64,000 bases of DNA from Spirochaetia bacterium. Its GTDB lineage: Bacteria; Spirochaetota; Spirochaetia; CAKZLE01. Below, one piece after another: positions 38,303 through 48,012 of the stretch. Below the pieces are notes generated by a model. That model saw only the letters and a list, made by a program, of their open reading frames with translations. It was not told the origin of the DNA and ran no database searches. Both the position numbers and the translations under genes were made by a program. The stretch covers positions 896,001-960,000 of the forward strand of contig OY782041.1 of NCBI GenBank assembly GCA_963677595.1. The letters run 5' to 3'. Position 1 is the first letter of the stretch. Each line of letters opens with the position of its first letter.

Positions 38303-39349
38303 AGCACTCTTGTCATTTTGATTCCTGACATCAATCAATACATGAATGATGTCATTACTGTTGTCATTTCGCATCATAAAGGCTTCCTGGATCTCCTCAA
38401 GCGGATATATCCTGTCAATATACTGATCCGTATGAATAAGACCATCTTTCACAAGGGATACCGCTTCCTTGAAATAGCGGTACATATCTATATCCCTCCT
38501 CGGTTCTGTCGAAATGATCGAGACCCGTCGCCTGTGGACCTTGAAGAAATCAAACGGCTGCCTGGCTGTTCCTATCCCGCCATATAACACTACTTTCCCA
38601 CCCACACGAGTTATATTGACGGCATCCATGACACAGTCTCCTTCCAAGAGGCAGGGTATCACCACATCAAATCCATCCGGGTATTCCTGCTTCAGGAAAT
38701 CAGCAGTCGACGTGTCGCTGTCCGGGAGGCATATCGCTTTAGTTGCTCCATACTGTTTGGCAAATTCCAAGTTTCGTGTTTTCAGGTCAGTGACAACCAA
38801 CTCCTTCGGAGAATAGAGCGAAAGAATCTGTGTCAACATCAGCCCGCTCACACCCTGCCCCATGATGAGAACTGAGGTCCCCGAGTCTATCTCAGAAAGT
38901 TCAGCGGTATGTATCACTCCTGGCATAATCTCCATGAGGCTTATTGATTTTAACGAAAACTCGTCCGGCATCACCTGAATATTGAATGGGCGGCAGGTGA
39001 TATACTCAGCAAAGGCACCCCAGACATACCGGCAGACAACTTTCATACCAGCTGCAAGGCCATGGACTTGGGTCCCCACTTTATCTATGATCCCGGCTAC
39101 TTCGTGTCCTAGACGTGCAGGGAAACTGATAAATTCCGGTTTCCTTGTCCCCCGAAAAGCTTCCAGATCTGACCCGCAGATTCCGACAAAGATTATTTTC
39201 ACCCGTACTTCTTCCGGACCCGGCTCAGGAATTTCTGCTTTAGCCAGCTTCAGGGAATATGGTTTCTCAAGAATCGCAACGCGCTGCAATGATTTGTCAT
39301 CTTGATCGTTGATAATATGCAAATCGGCAAAGGACATCGTTGTCGGCAT
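38276..39349 (-). CDS. Zinc-dependent (MDR) dehydrogenase
   Basis: GICGSD, LGHEVAG, MGQGVSG. Confidence 0.85.
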   Translation of the reverse strand: MPTTMSFADLHIINDQDDKSLQRVAILEKPYSLKLAKAEIPEPGPEEVRVKIIFVGICGSDLEAFRGTRKPEFISFPARLGHEVAGIIDKVGTQVHGLAAGMKVVCRYVWGAFAEYITCRPFNIQVMPDEFSLKSISLMEIMPGVIHTAELSEIDSGTSVLIMGQGVSGLMLTQILSLYSPKELVVTDLKTRNLEFAKQYGATKAICLPDSDTSTADFLKQEYPDGFDVVIPCLLEGDCVMDAVNITRVGGKVVLYGGIGTARQPFDFFKVHRRRVSIISTEPRRDIDMYRYFKEAVSLVKDGLIHTDQYIDRIYPLEEIQEAFMMRNDNSNDIIHVLIDVRNQNDKSALGGEFDER

Positions 39350-39449
39350 AGATACCTCCTAGTTTTCTAGTAAGATTCTATCCTATTCCCTTTGCCAGAT
39401 ATTTGTTTTAAATGGATCAATAGGTATCAAAAGAGGAACTTTTGTTCTC

Positions 39450-40334
39450 TTACTCTGTTCCTATCTGTAGCTTATTCACAAATCCAGGATGTATTAGAAT
39501 ATCCTGTCTGATCTGCTTGTGGAGGTTGTTACGCCAATGTCCGGGAGGTATCCCTTCGATCTTCTTGAAGCTTTTCGTGAACTGATGAATATCAGAGAAT
39601 CCTATCATCTCAAAGATCTCTTTCAATTCATACGTTGTATAACTCATGAGTTCCTTAGCTCTCTCAATTCGCAGTCTTTCCCTGTAGCTCATGGGAGTCA
39701 TCCCCATATCTCTTTTGAACTTGACACTTAAGTACCGATAACTGAAACTGAATACCTGCTCAAGATCAGATGAAGTTATGCCAAAAGAAAGATTACATTC
39801 CAAATAGCGTATGATCTTATTGGTCAATGGGTTTATGCTGCATGAACTGAGCTGTAAACTTGGGATACTCTGTATAGGAGATTCAGTCTCTTTGCTGTAC
39901 CAGCTTTCCAGGATTAATAGAAGATTACTTACATTTAGTCTGCAAAACTCCTGATACCACCTATTTTTTCGTATGCCCTGAAAGCGTATCTGCTCTAAGA
40001 TCTGTTTAATCTCTTCAGTTATAGGTTTCGTAAGAGGAGAAATATTACTGCAAATTTCAACAAGATTGCTATTATTGATCATGAACTTCACATCCAGTGT
40101 CACCAGATTATCAGTATAAATCTCAGAAAATCCATGAGATTCTCCGGGTGATAGGAAAATTATTTGTGGCGCTGATATATAAATATCCTCACCGTTCAGC
40201 TGCAATTGACAGGAACCATTCACAATATAGATTAGCTGGTAAAACGTATGTGTATGCTGTTTCAGATACCAGTTCCTTTCATAATCAAACCGAGATATCC
40301 AATATACTTCAACATCTGAAAATAAATTCTCCAT
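39450..40334 (-). CDS. AraC family regulator with cupin sensor domain
   Basis: HTHTFYQLIY, GFSDIHQFTKSFKKIEGIPP. Confidence 0.9.
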   Translation of the reverse strand: MENLFSDVEVYWISRFDYERNWYLKQHTHTFYQLIYIVNGSCQLQLNGEDIYISAPQIIFLSPGESHGFSEIYTDNLVTLDVKFMINNSNLVEICSNISPLTKPITEEIKQILEQIRFQGIRKNRWYQEFCRLNVSNLLLILESWYSKETESPIQSIPSLQLSSCSINPLTNKIIRYLECNLSFGITSSDLEQVFSFSYRYLSVKFKRDMGMTPMSYRERLRIERAKELMSYTTYELKEIFEMIGFSDIHQFTKSFKKIEGIPPGHWRNNLHKQIRQDILIHPGFVNKLQIGTE

Positions 40335-40386
40335 GAAATCATGGTAGTAGAGTAGTACGAGCTAGTCAATAATTACATCAAAAGTG

Positions 40387-40604
40387 GTAACTACTCAGGT
40401 CCTCAACCCCGGAATTAGTCGAGGAATGACAGAGAGAATGAGTTAGTAAATATCGCAGAGAGGGCTTCATGAGGATTTCCGCCATTCTTCCTGACCGTAT
40501 CAATGATCGAGAAGATCGTACAGAAATTAGAGCCACCAGATTCAGACCGGAAGGTCCCTGCTACTTTCATCTTTAATTTGCTTAACCTGAAGCTGCGTTC
40601 TGAG
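40387..40604 (-). pseudogene. IS66-family transposase C-terminal remnant with terminal GTAACTACTCAG
   Basis: ERSFRLSKLKMKVAGTFRSESG..FCTIFSIIDTVRKNG resembles the TnpC end; GTAA-starting end at 40387. Confidence 0.7.
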
Positions 40605-40790
40605 CTAAATGCGAATTTTCGTATTTTCCTGTGAGAATTCATTTTCTTGTCGTGAAGGTAATTCTGAGAGCAATCCTGCTTCCCTGATACAGTCTCGGTA
40701 GCCGCGGATCGTCTTTCGTTCAAAACCAGTGGCATCACTGATACATGTTATTGACTGCCCATCCTGCAGCCTTCGTAAGATCTCTATTAA
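40605..40790 (-). pseudogene. IS21-family IstA N-terminal HTH remnant
   Basis: Frame LIEILRRLQDGQSITCISDATGFERKTIRGYRDCIREAGL. Confidence 0.55.
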
Positions 40791-40864
40791 TTGCCGGAAG
40801 TTTTGGATTATTCGAACCTTTTAATCACCGAATCCATCTCTTCCTACCGGGAATAGGACCTAAC

Positions 40865-41104
40865 TTAGACTACGCAGATAGTGTAAGCCCGCCTGGTCTG
40901 CGATGCTATCGAGCAGGTACTCATCGTCATCGGGTCCTTTGGGTCGACCTTCATCCATTTGTGGTAGAGGATCGTCAACAGTTCGACGATCGACATCGCT
41001 CCCCCGATATGGCCTGCACCAAGATTCGCGATCTCATCTATCGTCAGCTTCCTGATCACTTTTGCCTTTTTCATCAAGGCTGTTACGTCTGCATCTTTCA
41101 GCAT
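40865..41104 (-). pseudogene. Truncated transketolase N-terminal subunit
   Basis: GAGHIGGAMSIVELLTILY..VDPKDP, then unrelated sequence from about 40930. Confidence 0.85.
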
Positions 41105-41206
41105 CCTGTATCTCCTCAGAATCGTGTTCTTGTGTGGTCTTGCTGTATATGAAAACGGGCTGCCGCCCGATACTCAGGAGACAGCCCGCAGGAGGTTTTA
41201 CTGTAT

Positions 41207-42463
41207 CTATTCTTCTTTTCCTGCCTTCTCCATCGCGGAGATCAGCGGCAGCTTCTTCCCTGACAGGTAGCGCACCATAGCACCACCGGCTGTGCAAATA
41301 TAATCCATATCTGCCGGGTCACAGAACCGCGAGGTCGCGCTCACGCTGTCCCCGCCCCCGATCACCGTATAGCCAGGCGCCTTCGCGATCGCCTGCCAGA
41401 TCTCTCTCGTCCCGACCTCGAAGGCGGGGTCTTCGAACACGCCCGCAGGCCCGTTCACGAAGACTGTTCCTGCTCCGTTGATACTCTCCCGGTAGGAGGC
41501 GATCGTCTTCTCGCCCACATCCAGGTACATCAGTTCGGCAGGCATATCTGCTACTGCGATCTCTTTTCGTTCCCCGTCAGCTTCATAGGCCAGGTCTTCG
41601 GGCATCCTGATCTTGGCCCCATAGTGGTCCAGCAGATCCTTTGCCTGGCCGATGAACTTCGTCAGTCCCTTCCCCGCCAGGAACTCATCGACCTTGCTTC
41701 CCAGCTGTTTCCCCGAGGCGATGAGGAACACTTCCCCCGTCACCCCGCAGGTCAGGATCTCGTCTGCTGTCCCGTTGGAGAGCACTTGCTCCATCATCCC
41801 GAACGCATCCGAGATCTTCGCACCTCCGAGCACGAATACCGACGGATGCGCAGGGGCAGTCATCACCTGGTTGAGTGCCGATACCTCGTTAAAGAACAGC
41901 GGTCCTGCAGCACTCGGTAAGAGTTCCTGGAAGGCTACCATGCTCGGGCAGTTCCGGTGCGCCGCGGCGAATGCATCATTGACGTAGAGGTCGAACAGCG
42001 GGGCCAATGACCGCACCAGCCAGGTGTCGAGCATCTCCTCCGGTTTCAGCTTCACCGCATCCTCGAAGGTCGAGATCTCCTCGCACAGGTACCGCAGGTT
42101 CCCCAGCAGTACCGCTTCACCCTCATCCAATGCCTCTACCGCGCTCTGCGCCATCGGCCCGCAGACATCATCGATGTACCGTACCTTCCGGCCGATTTTC
42201 TGACTCAGCTTCTGCGCATGCTCGGCCAGCGGAATCAGGTTCTGGTAGTCGAGCGTATCCCCCTGGTGGGCGATGAGCGCAAGCTTCGCCCCGTTATCGA
42301 GCAGCCACTTCACCGTCGGCACGCTCTTCTCCAGCCGGTTCTCGTTGACTATTGCCTTCGTCTTCGGGTCGATCGGCGAGTTGATGTCCACCCGCAGCAG
42401 TACCCGCTTGCCCGAGACATCAAATTCCTCCATCGGCTTGAACCCTAACCTATGCTCTTTCAT
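41207..42463 (-). CDS. pgk: Phosphoglycerate kinase (archaeal-like)
   Basis: LRVDINSP, AHQG, NDAFAAAHR, LGGAKISD, NGPAGVFE, GGGD. Confidence 0.92.
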   Translation of the reverse strand: MKEHRLGFKPMEEFDVSGKRVLLRVDINSPIDPKTKAIVNENRLEKSVPTVKWLLDNGAKLALIAHQGDTLDYQNLIPLAEHAQKLSQKIGRKVRYIDDVCGPMAQSAVEALDEGEAVLLGNLRYLCEEISTFEDAVKLKPEEMLDTWLVRSLAPLFDLYVNDAFAAAHRNCPSMVAFQELLPSAAGPLFFNEVSALNQVMTAPAHPSVFVLGGAKISDAFGMMEQVLSNGTADEILTCGVTGEVFLIASGKQLGSKVDEFLAGKGLTKFIGQAKDLLDHYGAKIRMPEDLAYEADGERKEIAVADMPAELMYLDVGEKTIASYRESINGAGTVFVNGPAGVFEDPAFEVGTREIWQAIAKAPGYTVIGGGDSVSATSRFCDPADMDYICTAGGAMVRYLSGKKLPLISAMEKAGKEE

Positions 42464-42473
42464 CGGTGCTCTC

Positions 42474-43490
42474 TTACTTCATGCCCAGGTACTGGTTCGT
42501 TGCTGCCGTACCCTCTTCCCTGGTCGCCTGCATTCCCATCGCTGCCCTGATCCCGTCGATGTTCTCCGGGATCACCACGGACTCCTGCGGGATGTTGATC
42601 GCGAACATGATGTCATCCCCTGACTTCACGATCGACTCTTCCCACAGCCCGATCTCGTACATGTCACCCCGCGCGTTCCCGATGTCACGCGCCCAGCGGA
42701 ACATCGATGCATTCCCTAGGAACCCGTCTGCCAGTCGTACCGGCATGATCCTCGGGTGGCCCTTTGCCATCTCCCACAGCTCTTCCTTCTCGATCTTGTT
42801 CTTCGGTGTTGCCGTCACCGTGATGATGTGGCCGTGGGTCACCGGTGTGTGCACCAGGATACCGGTACACGGGATATGGGGCATGATCGTCATCAGGTCG
42901 AGTGCCTGGTGGCTCGGTGCCTTCTCCACCTGCAGGGCATTGGTCAGCCCTCGATGGTAGTCACCCGGGTCTGCCACCCTCCGGATGATCGTGATCGCCA
43001 CTTTCTCGAGTCCTACACTCCGGTCGAGCATGTCCACCGCACGGATGAGCCCGGTGGTATTGCAGCTCGTGAGCTTCAGGTAGTCTGCCCCGATGCCCTG
43101 CTCGTAGTTCGCATAGCCGTGGAAGAACACATCTGCGATATCATTCTTCTCGCCGCCCTGGAACACGGCCTTGGTGCCATGCTTCACATACAGCTCCTTG
43201 TTCCGTGCGCCGATGCCGCCAGGGGAACTGTCGAGCATGATGTCACACTCCTGCACGAGTTCCTCGAAACTCCCTGATACCGGGATCCCGGCATCTTCTA
43301 AAGAGGTGTTCTTCGGGTCCACGTTGAACATCTTATACGGCATGCCCCGGTATTTCAGTGCCCGCACCGAGATCGTCGGGGCTATGTCAGCAACACCTAC
43401 GAGCTCCATGTCTCCCTGGGCCGCTACCCCGTCTGCCAGTCGCTGCCCGATCACGCCGTATCCTGCTACTCCTACTTTTACCTTCTTCAT
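42474..43490 (-). CDS. gap: Type II (archaeal-type) glyceraldehyde-3-phosphate dehydrogenase
   Basis: GYGVIGQRLADGV, FQGGEK, SCNTTGL, RRVADP, PSHQ, QESVVIPENIDGIRA. Confidence 0.9.
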   Translation of the reverse strand: MKKVKVGVAGYGVIGQRLADGVAAQGDMELVGVADIAPTISVRALKYRGMPYKMFNVDPKNTSLEDAGIPVSGSFEELVQECDIMLDSSPGGIGARNKELYVKHGTKAVFQGGEKNDIADVFFHGYANYEQGIGADYLKLTSCNTTGLIRAVDMLDRSVGLEKVAITIIRRVADPGDYHRGLTNALQVEKAPSHQALDLMTIMPHIPCTGILVHTPVTHGHIITVTATPKNKIEKEELWEMAKGHPRIMPVRLADGFLGNASMFRWARDIGNARGDMYEIGLWEESIVKSGDDIMFAINIPQESVVIPENIDGIRAAMGMQATREEGTAATNQYLGMK

Positions 43491-43524
43491 ATGTCTCTCC
43501 ATCATTCGTTATAGTCTTGAGGCT

Positions 43525-43683
43525 CTATCTCTCAGGGAATGCCTGCGAGAAACTGTTCACGAGGCCCCGTGCATAGGCACCGAGCGAGACGGTGTCGGAC
43601 ATCAGCATCAGCAGCTGGTATCCCCGCTCATACTTCGCTGTCGCCTGCTCCCAACTGCCGCCGACGGTAGCAAGGATCTTGTC
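43525..43683 (-). pseudogene. C-terminal remnant of an HpcH/HpaI-type aldolase
   Basis: Start-less frame DKILATVGGSWEQATAKYERGYQLLMLMSDTVSLG...; composition shifts at about 43685. Confidence 0.55.
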
Positions 43684-44587
43684 GATCTATTAAATCTCCA
43701 TCTACACAATATTGACGGTATTTCCCTAAAAGATCATCAAGGGAAGGCAGAGCCTCAATCAGTCCTATACTCTTGCATTTCTCAGAAGCACAGACCAGGG
43801 CAATCAAACTTGCATCGACGACGTTGTAATCATTTTTCAAAGCCCAGAGGAAGCACCCGTGGAAGGTGTCTCCGGCACCATTCGAATCAACAACTTTGAC
43901 GAGAGGGGCTGGATAGTGTGAAAGAGTATCGTTATGAACTATATTTATACCATTTTCTCCATCAGTAATGATCAAAGACTCAATACCTTTACTATGTAAT
44001 TCATGGTAAATTCCCAAAAAATCTCTTTCTCCGGTGAAATGTTCTGCCCATTCTTTGGAGGGTATGCAGAAATCAACATATGGTAATACATCATTGATCC
44101 CTTCTGCATCATTCGTCGGGCTCACATCCATTACGATTCTAGCTCCGGAATCTTTAGCTGCGTGAAGAACCTCTTCAAGACCGGTTAAAACGGTACAATC
44201 AAAAATCACAATGTCATCTTCACAAAAAGAGACCTTAACATCTTTCCATGAATGCTGCTTACTTCCTGATGGATAATGATAGATAGTACGGTTATGGCCA
44301 GTATTCACTATAAAACTGAAGGAAATGTCACCAACTTTTGACACCGCACTCATATCGATCTTTTCCTGTTCCAACTTATCAATGAGCCAATCAGATTCAG
44401 TTGTATTGCCGACTACAGAAAATAGTTTGACTTCTTCCCCATAAAAGGAGCAGACTCGTAAAGCATTGGCAACCATACCACCCACGGTCTTCTTATATGC
44501 TTTAATGTGATTTGCCGTGTTCTCTGCCGGGTAGGAATCTACCGTACAGATATAGTCGATACAGGCTTTCCCGAATCCATAAATCAT
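43628..44587 (-). CDS. PfkB family carbohydrate kinase (C-terminus runs into the inserted fragment)
   Basis: GGMVAN, ITDGENG, VDSNGAGDTFHG. Confidence 0.9.
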   Translation of the reverse strand: MIYGFGKACIDYICTVDSYPAENTANHIKAYKKTVGGMVANALRVCSFYGEEVKLFSVVGNTTESDWLIDKLEQEKIDMSAVSKVGDISFSFIVNTGHNRTIYHYPSGSKQHSWKDVKVSFCEDDIVIFDCTVLTGLEEVLHAAKDSGARIVMDVSPTNDAEGINDVLPYVDFCIPSKEWAEHFTGERDFLGIYHELHSKGIESLIITDGENGINIVHNDTLSHYPAPLVKVVDSNGAGDTFHGCFLWALKNDYNVVDASLIALVCASEKCKSIGLIEALPSLDDLLGKYRQYCVDGDLIDRQDPCYRRRQLGAGDSEV

Positions 44588-44608
44588 AACGAACCTTTCA
44601 CTCTCTTT

Positions 44609-45553
44609 TTATTTAATCTTCATAAAATCCAGACAGGCAGCTAATAATGTCTCAGGATCCAGCCCATATGTATGTAATAGTTCAGGAGGACTTCCTGACT
44701 GCCCGAACCTGTCATTAACTCCGATTATCTTGTGTTTGACAATATCTTCAGAGGCTAACACTTCCGAAACTGCACTGCCCAACCCGCCAATTACTGAATG
44801 CTCTTCCATAGTGACTACTTTTTTAGTTTCTCGTGCATGTTTTATGAGCAATTCCCTGTCTATCGGCTTTATCGTATGAATATTGATCACAGTAGCACTT
44901 ATACCCTGTTTTTCAAGATTCTCTGCTACTTCAAGACCGGCAGAAACCATGATCCCTGTTGCAATAATTGTCAGGTCACTCCCTGAACGCAACATATGCC
45001 CTTTCCCTATCTCAAAATCATAATCATCTGTATGAATCACAGGCGAAGGGGATCGTGAGATCCGAAGGAACACAGGTCCTTCAAATTTTACCGCGGCATG
45101 AATGGCTTTCCTTGTTTCTACAGAATCAGAGGGAACGATTACGGTCATGTTCGGCACAACTCTCATAAGTGCTATGTCTTCAATTGCCTGGTGACTTCCT
45201 CCATCCTCGCCAACGGTTATTCCGCCATGAGTTAGTGCAATCTTGACGTTTAATTTAGGATAACAGATCGTGTTGCGTATTTGTTCGTATGCCCGGCCAG
45301 CCCCAAACAGAGAAAACGTACTGATTATTGGAGTCAAACCAGACAAAGCGAACCCTCCGGAAATACAGACCATATTCTGTTCAGCAATTCCTATATTGTA
45401 AAATCTTTCAGGGAATTCTTCTGCGAATTTACATGTTTGGGTTGCATGGGCCAGATCAGCATCCAATACAACAACTTCACTGTTCGTCCTACCGATGTCT
45501 ACCAAAGCTTCGCCATAAGCATTTCTTGCTGACTCTAATTTCCAATCTTTCAT
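44609..45553 (-). CDS. Transketolase, C-terminal subunit
   Basis: LDADLA, GIAEQNM, GEDGGSHQ, EEHSVIGGLGS. Confidence 0.92.
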   Translation of the reverse strand: MKDWKLESARNAYGEALVDIGRTNSEVVVLDADLAHATQTCKFAEEFPERFYNIGIAEQNMVCISGGFALSGLTPIISTFSLFGAGRAYEQIRNTICYPKLNVKIALTHGGITVGEDGGSHQAIEDIALMRVVPNMTVIVPSDSVETRKAIHAAVKFEGPVFLRISRSPSPVIHTDDYDFEIGKGHMLRSGSDLTIIATGIMVSAGLEVAENLEKQGISATVINIHTIKPIDRELLIKHARETKKVVTMEEHSVIGGLGSAVSEVLASEDIVKHKIIGVNDRFGQSGSPPELLHTYGLDPETLLAACLDFMKIK

Positions 45554-46362
45554 TTGCCTGCCTCCAATTCATGCATAGCTTTCTCATACTCCTCATCATT
45601 TGGGGCTTTGCCATGCCAGGAAACATTATCTTCCATGAAAGAAACGCCCTTCCCTTTAACAGTATTAGCTACAATACATTTTGGTCTGTTTTCCGATTTT
45701 AACTTAAACGCCTGCTCCAGTTCGATTACATTATGTCCGTCTACTTCCTCTACCATACATCCAAAGGCTTTGAACTTTGCGGAGATGTCTCCCAGGCTCA
45801 TAACTTCACTATTCGTCCCATCGATTTGCAGTTTGTTGTAATCAAGTATTATTGTCAGGTTATCCAATTTATAATGGGATGCAGCCATTATCGCTTCCCA
45901 GATCAATCCTTCCTGGCATTCACCGTCCCCGATAATGGAATAAACAGTATGCTTCATGGATAGTTGCTTAGCGGCTAAAGCCATTCCTACAGCAATTGAA
46001 AGCCCCTGCCCTAACGAACCTGTGGAGGCATCAATACCTGGGACTTTCCTAAAATCCGGGTGACCCTGCAGCTTGTTTCCCAATTTTCGTAACCCAAGCA
46101 GATCCTGTTTAGGGAAAAAATTTTTCTCAGCAAGCACAGCATATAATGCAGGAGCACCATGCCCCTTGCTCAACACCAGTCTGTCTCTATCAATCCATCC
46201 CGGGTTATTGCTATCAATATTCATTATTTTGTAATACAGTACCGTAAGCACTTCTACCAGAGATAACGATCCTCCCGGGTGACCTGAACCTGCAGCATGA
46301 ATCATTGTTATAATCTGCTTTCTCAGTTCATTTGTTATATTCGTAATATCATGTTGTGACAT
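45550..46362 (-). CDS. Transketolase, N-terminal subunit
   Basis: SGHPGGSLS, LSKGH, TGSLGQG, GDGECQEG, WHGKAP. Confidence 0.92.
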   Translation of the reverse strand: MSQHDITNITNELRKQIITMIHAAGSGHPGGSLSLVEVLTVLYYKIMNIDSNNPGWIDRDRLVLSKGHGAPALYAVLAEKNFFPKQDLLGLRKLGNKLQGHPDFRKVPGIDASTGSLGQGLSIAVGMALAAKQLSMKHTVYSIIGDGECQEGLIWEAIMAASHYKLDNLTIILDYNKLQIDGTNSEVMSLGDISAKFKAFGCMVEEVDGHNVIELEQAFKLKSENRPKCIVANTVKGKGVSFMEDNVSWHGKAPNDEEYEKAMHELEAGK

Positions 46363-46413
46363 GTTTTTAAATTTCCTCTTTTCCTACATGGATGATGCCA
46401 TCTAGAACAATAC

Positions 46414-47908
46414 AAAAAGGAAGGCATCGGCACGGAAACGGCCTGCAACAGACAGTTCCCGTACCATATGCCTTCATACTCGTTACTTAGTCTGCATATT
46501 TCGCAAATTCCGCATCCCAATAGGCTGCTGCATCATCCAATGCCTGCTGTGCAGTCTTCTTGTCTGTCAGGAAGTTCTGGATCTCAATGGTGAACTGTCG
46601 CTTCAGGTCAACCGCCTGCGGCAGATAGTTGTCGATCACCTGCATATTCTCAGTATTGATCTGCTGGTCGGCAAACACCTTCAGATATGGGTCATTCTGG
46701 AAATACGAATCCTGCATCGTAACTTTGTTATACGGGAAGAATCCGGTTGCCTTATCCCACAATAGCTGGCCTTCTGCACTCCCCATGAACTCCAGGAACT
46801 TGAATGCCGCATCCTTGTTCTTGCTGTCCTTGGTGATACCCAGCACTGATCCAAGCACGATGTTTCCACTTACTTCCCCTACGGGCAGCGGTACGACCCC
46901 AAACTTCAGGTCAGGGTTCGCTTTCTGCTGGATCCCCACACCCCATGGTCCTTCAAACATGAATGCTACGTTCCCCGCACTGAAATTCGCACGTTTCTCT
47001 TTCTCCCCTGCATTCAGCTCGCCGGGAGTCATGACCTTGTAAGTCTTCATCAGGTCTTTCAGGAAAGTGATCGCCTTTACCCCTTCAGGACTGTTGAACG
47101 CTGCTTTCGATCCGTCCAGGATCTTCCCGCCTGCCTGCATGATCAGGGGGAATACTTCATAGTTGATGGTAGTCGGTGGTTCTGAGGCAATATTCCCGGT
47201 AAGCGCATAGACACCTTCAGACGGGTTGTTCACCTTGATGCAAGCAGCAACCAGCTCGTCCCAGGTGGTCGGAGGTTCTACACCGGCGTCTGCCAGGATC
47301 TGTGTATTATAATACAGCCCGATATTCCCGTTCGTTACCGGGATCCCGTACAGATGTCCCTTCCAAGGAAGCATCGCAGGTCCGGCCAATGCGTCGGTAT
47401 AGTCTTTCGGCAATGCTGAGATATAGTCATCCAATGGCACGATGATCCCTTGGTTAGCAAACTCAGTGACCCATGCGCCTGATACGGTTACGATGTCTGG
47501 CGCCATGCCGGCCATACTCAGGGTCAATACTTTGTCATGCATCTGCACGAACGGGATATTATCGAATATCAGCTCGATATCCGGGTTCTGCGCCTCGAAT
47601 GCACGCTTTACCTCATTGATCTTGTCTGGTCCCTGCTCGGTGATCCAATGCAGCAGCCAATGAATCTGTACCTTCTCAGCCGCTGGTTCCGCTTTTTCCT
47701 GTTGCGCCCCGGCGAACAGCAGACCTGTCACCAGCAACAAACATGCAACTATCATGCTTACACGTTTCATATAGTCCTCCTATTTTTTAATCTGGTACGA
47801 CCGTACCATTTTCAACCCTTTTTGATGTTATGTACCCTAATATCGTTACCGTTACCGTTACCGTTAACGTTAGACTACAACGGTTTCTCCCTCTTGTCAA
47901 TTTTTTTT
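46414..47908 (+). repeat. ~1.5-kb direct repeat, copy 1 (SBP gene with promoter and downstream hairpin)
   Basis: Aligns with 54107-55601 at offset 7693; identical encoded protein. Confidence 0.95.
46487..47770 (-). CDS. Sugar ABC substrate-binding protein, copy 1
   Basis: Signal peptide MKRVS...LFAGAQQE, LYYNTQIL, PPTTWDEL, FEGPW. Confidence 0.92.
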   Translation of the reverse strand: MKRVSMIVACLLLVTGLLFAGAQQEKAEPAAEKVQIHWLLHWITEQGPDKINEVKRAFEAQNPDIELIFDNIPFVQMHDKVLTLSMAGMAPDIVTVSGAWVTEFANQGIIVPLDDYISALPKDYTDALAGPAMLPWKGHLYGIPVTNGNIGLYYNTQILADAGVEPPTTWDELVAACIKVNNPSEGVYALTGNIASEPPTTINYEVFPLIMQAGGKILDGSKAAFNSPEGVKAITFLKDLMKTYKVMTPGELNAGEKEKRANFSAGNVAFMFEGPWGVGIQQKANPDLKFGVVPLPVGEVSGNIVLGSVLGITKDSKNKDAAFKFLEFMGSAEGQLLWDKATGFFPYNKVTMQDSYFQNDPYLKVFADQQINTENMQVIDNYLPQAVDLKRQFTIEIQNFLTDKKTAQQALDDAAAYWDAEFAKYAD

Positions 47909-48012
47909 GCTTATTAATGATCCCCTATTTCTTCTAGAACGAATTGTATGATATTTATCTTTTTGCAATATTTCGATTTATAGTAATTCAATTATGAAAA
48001 TACGTGATTCCC

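Noticed and set aside
40415-40738. 107-aa ORF as a real gene
   Set aside because: It is a chimera of out-of-frame IS21-like DNA and an IS66 transposase tail.
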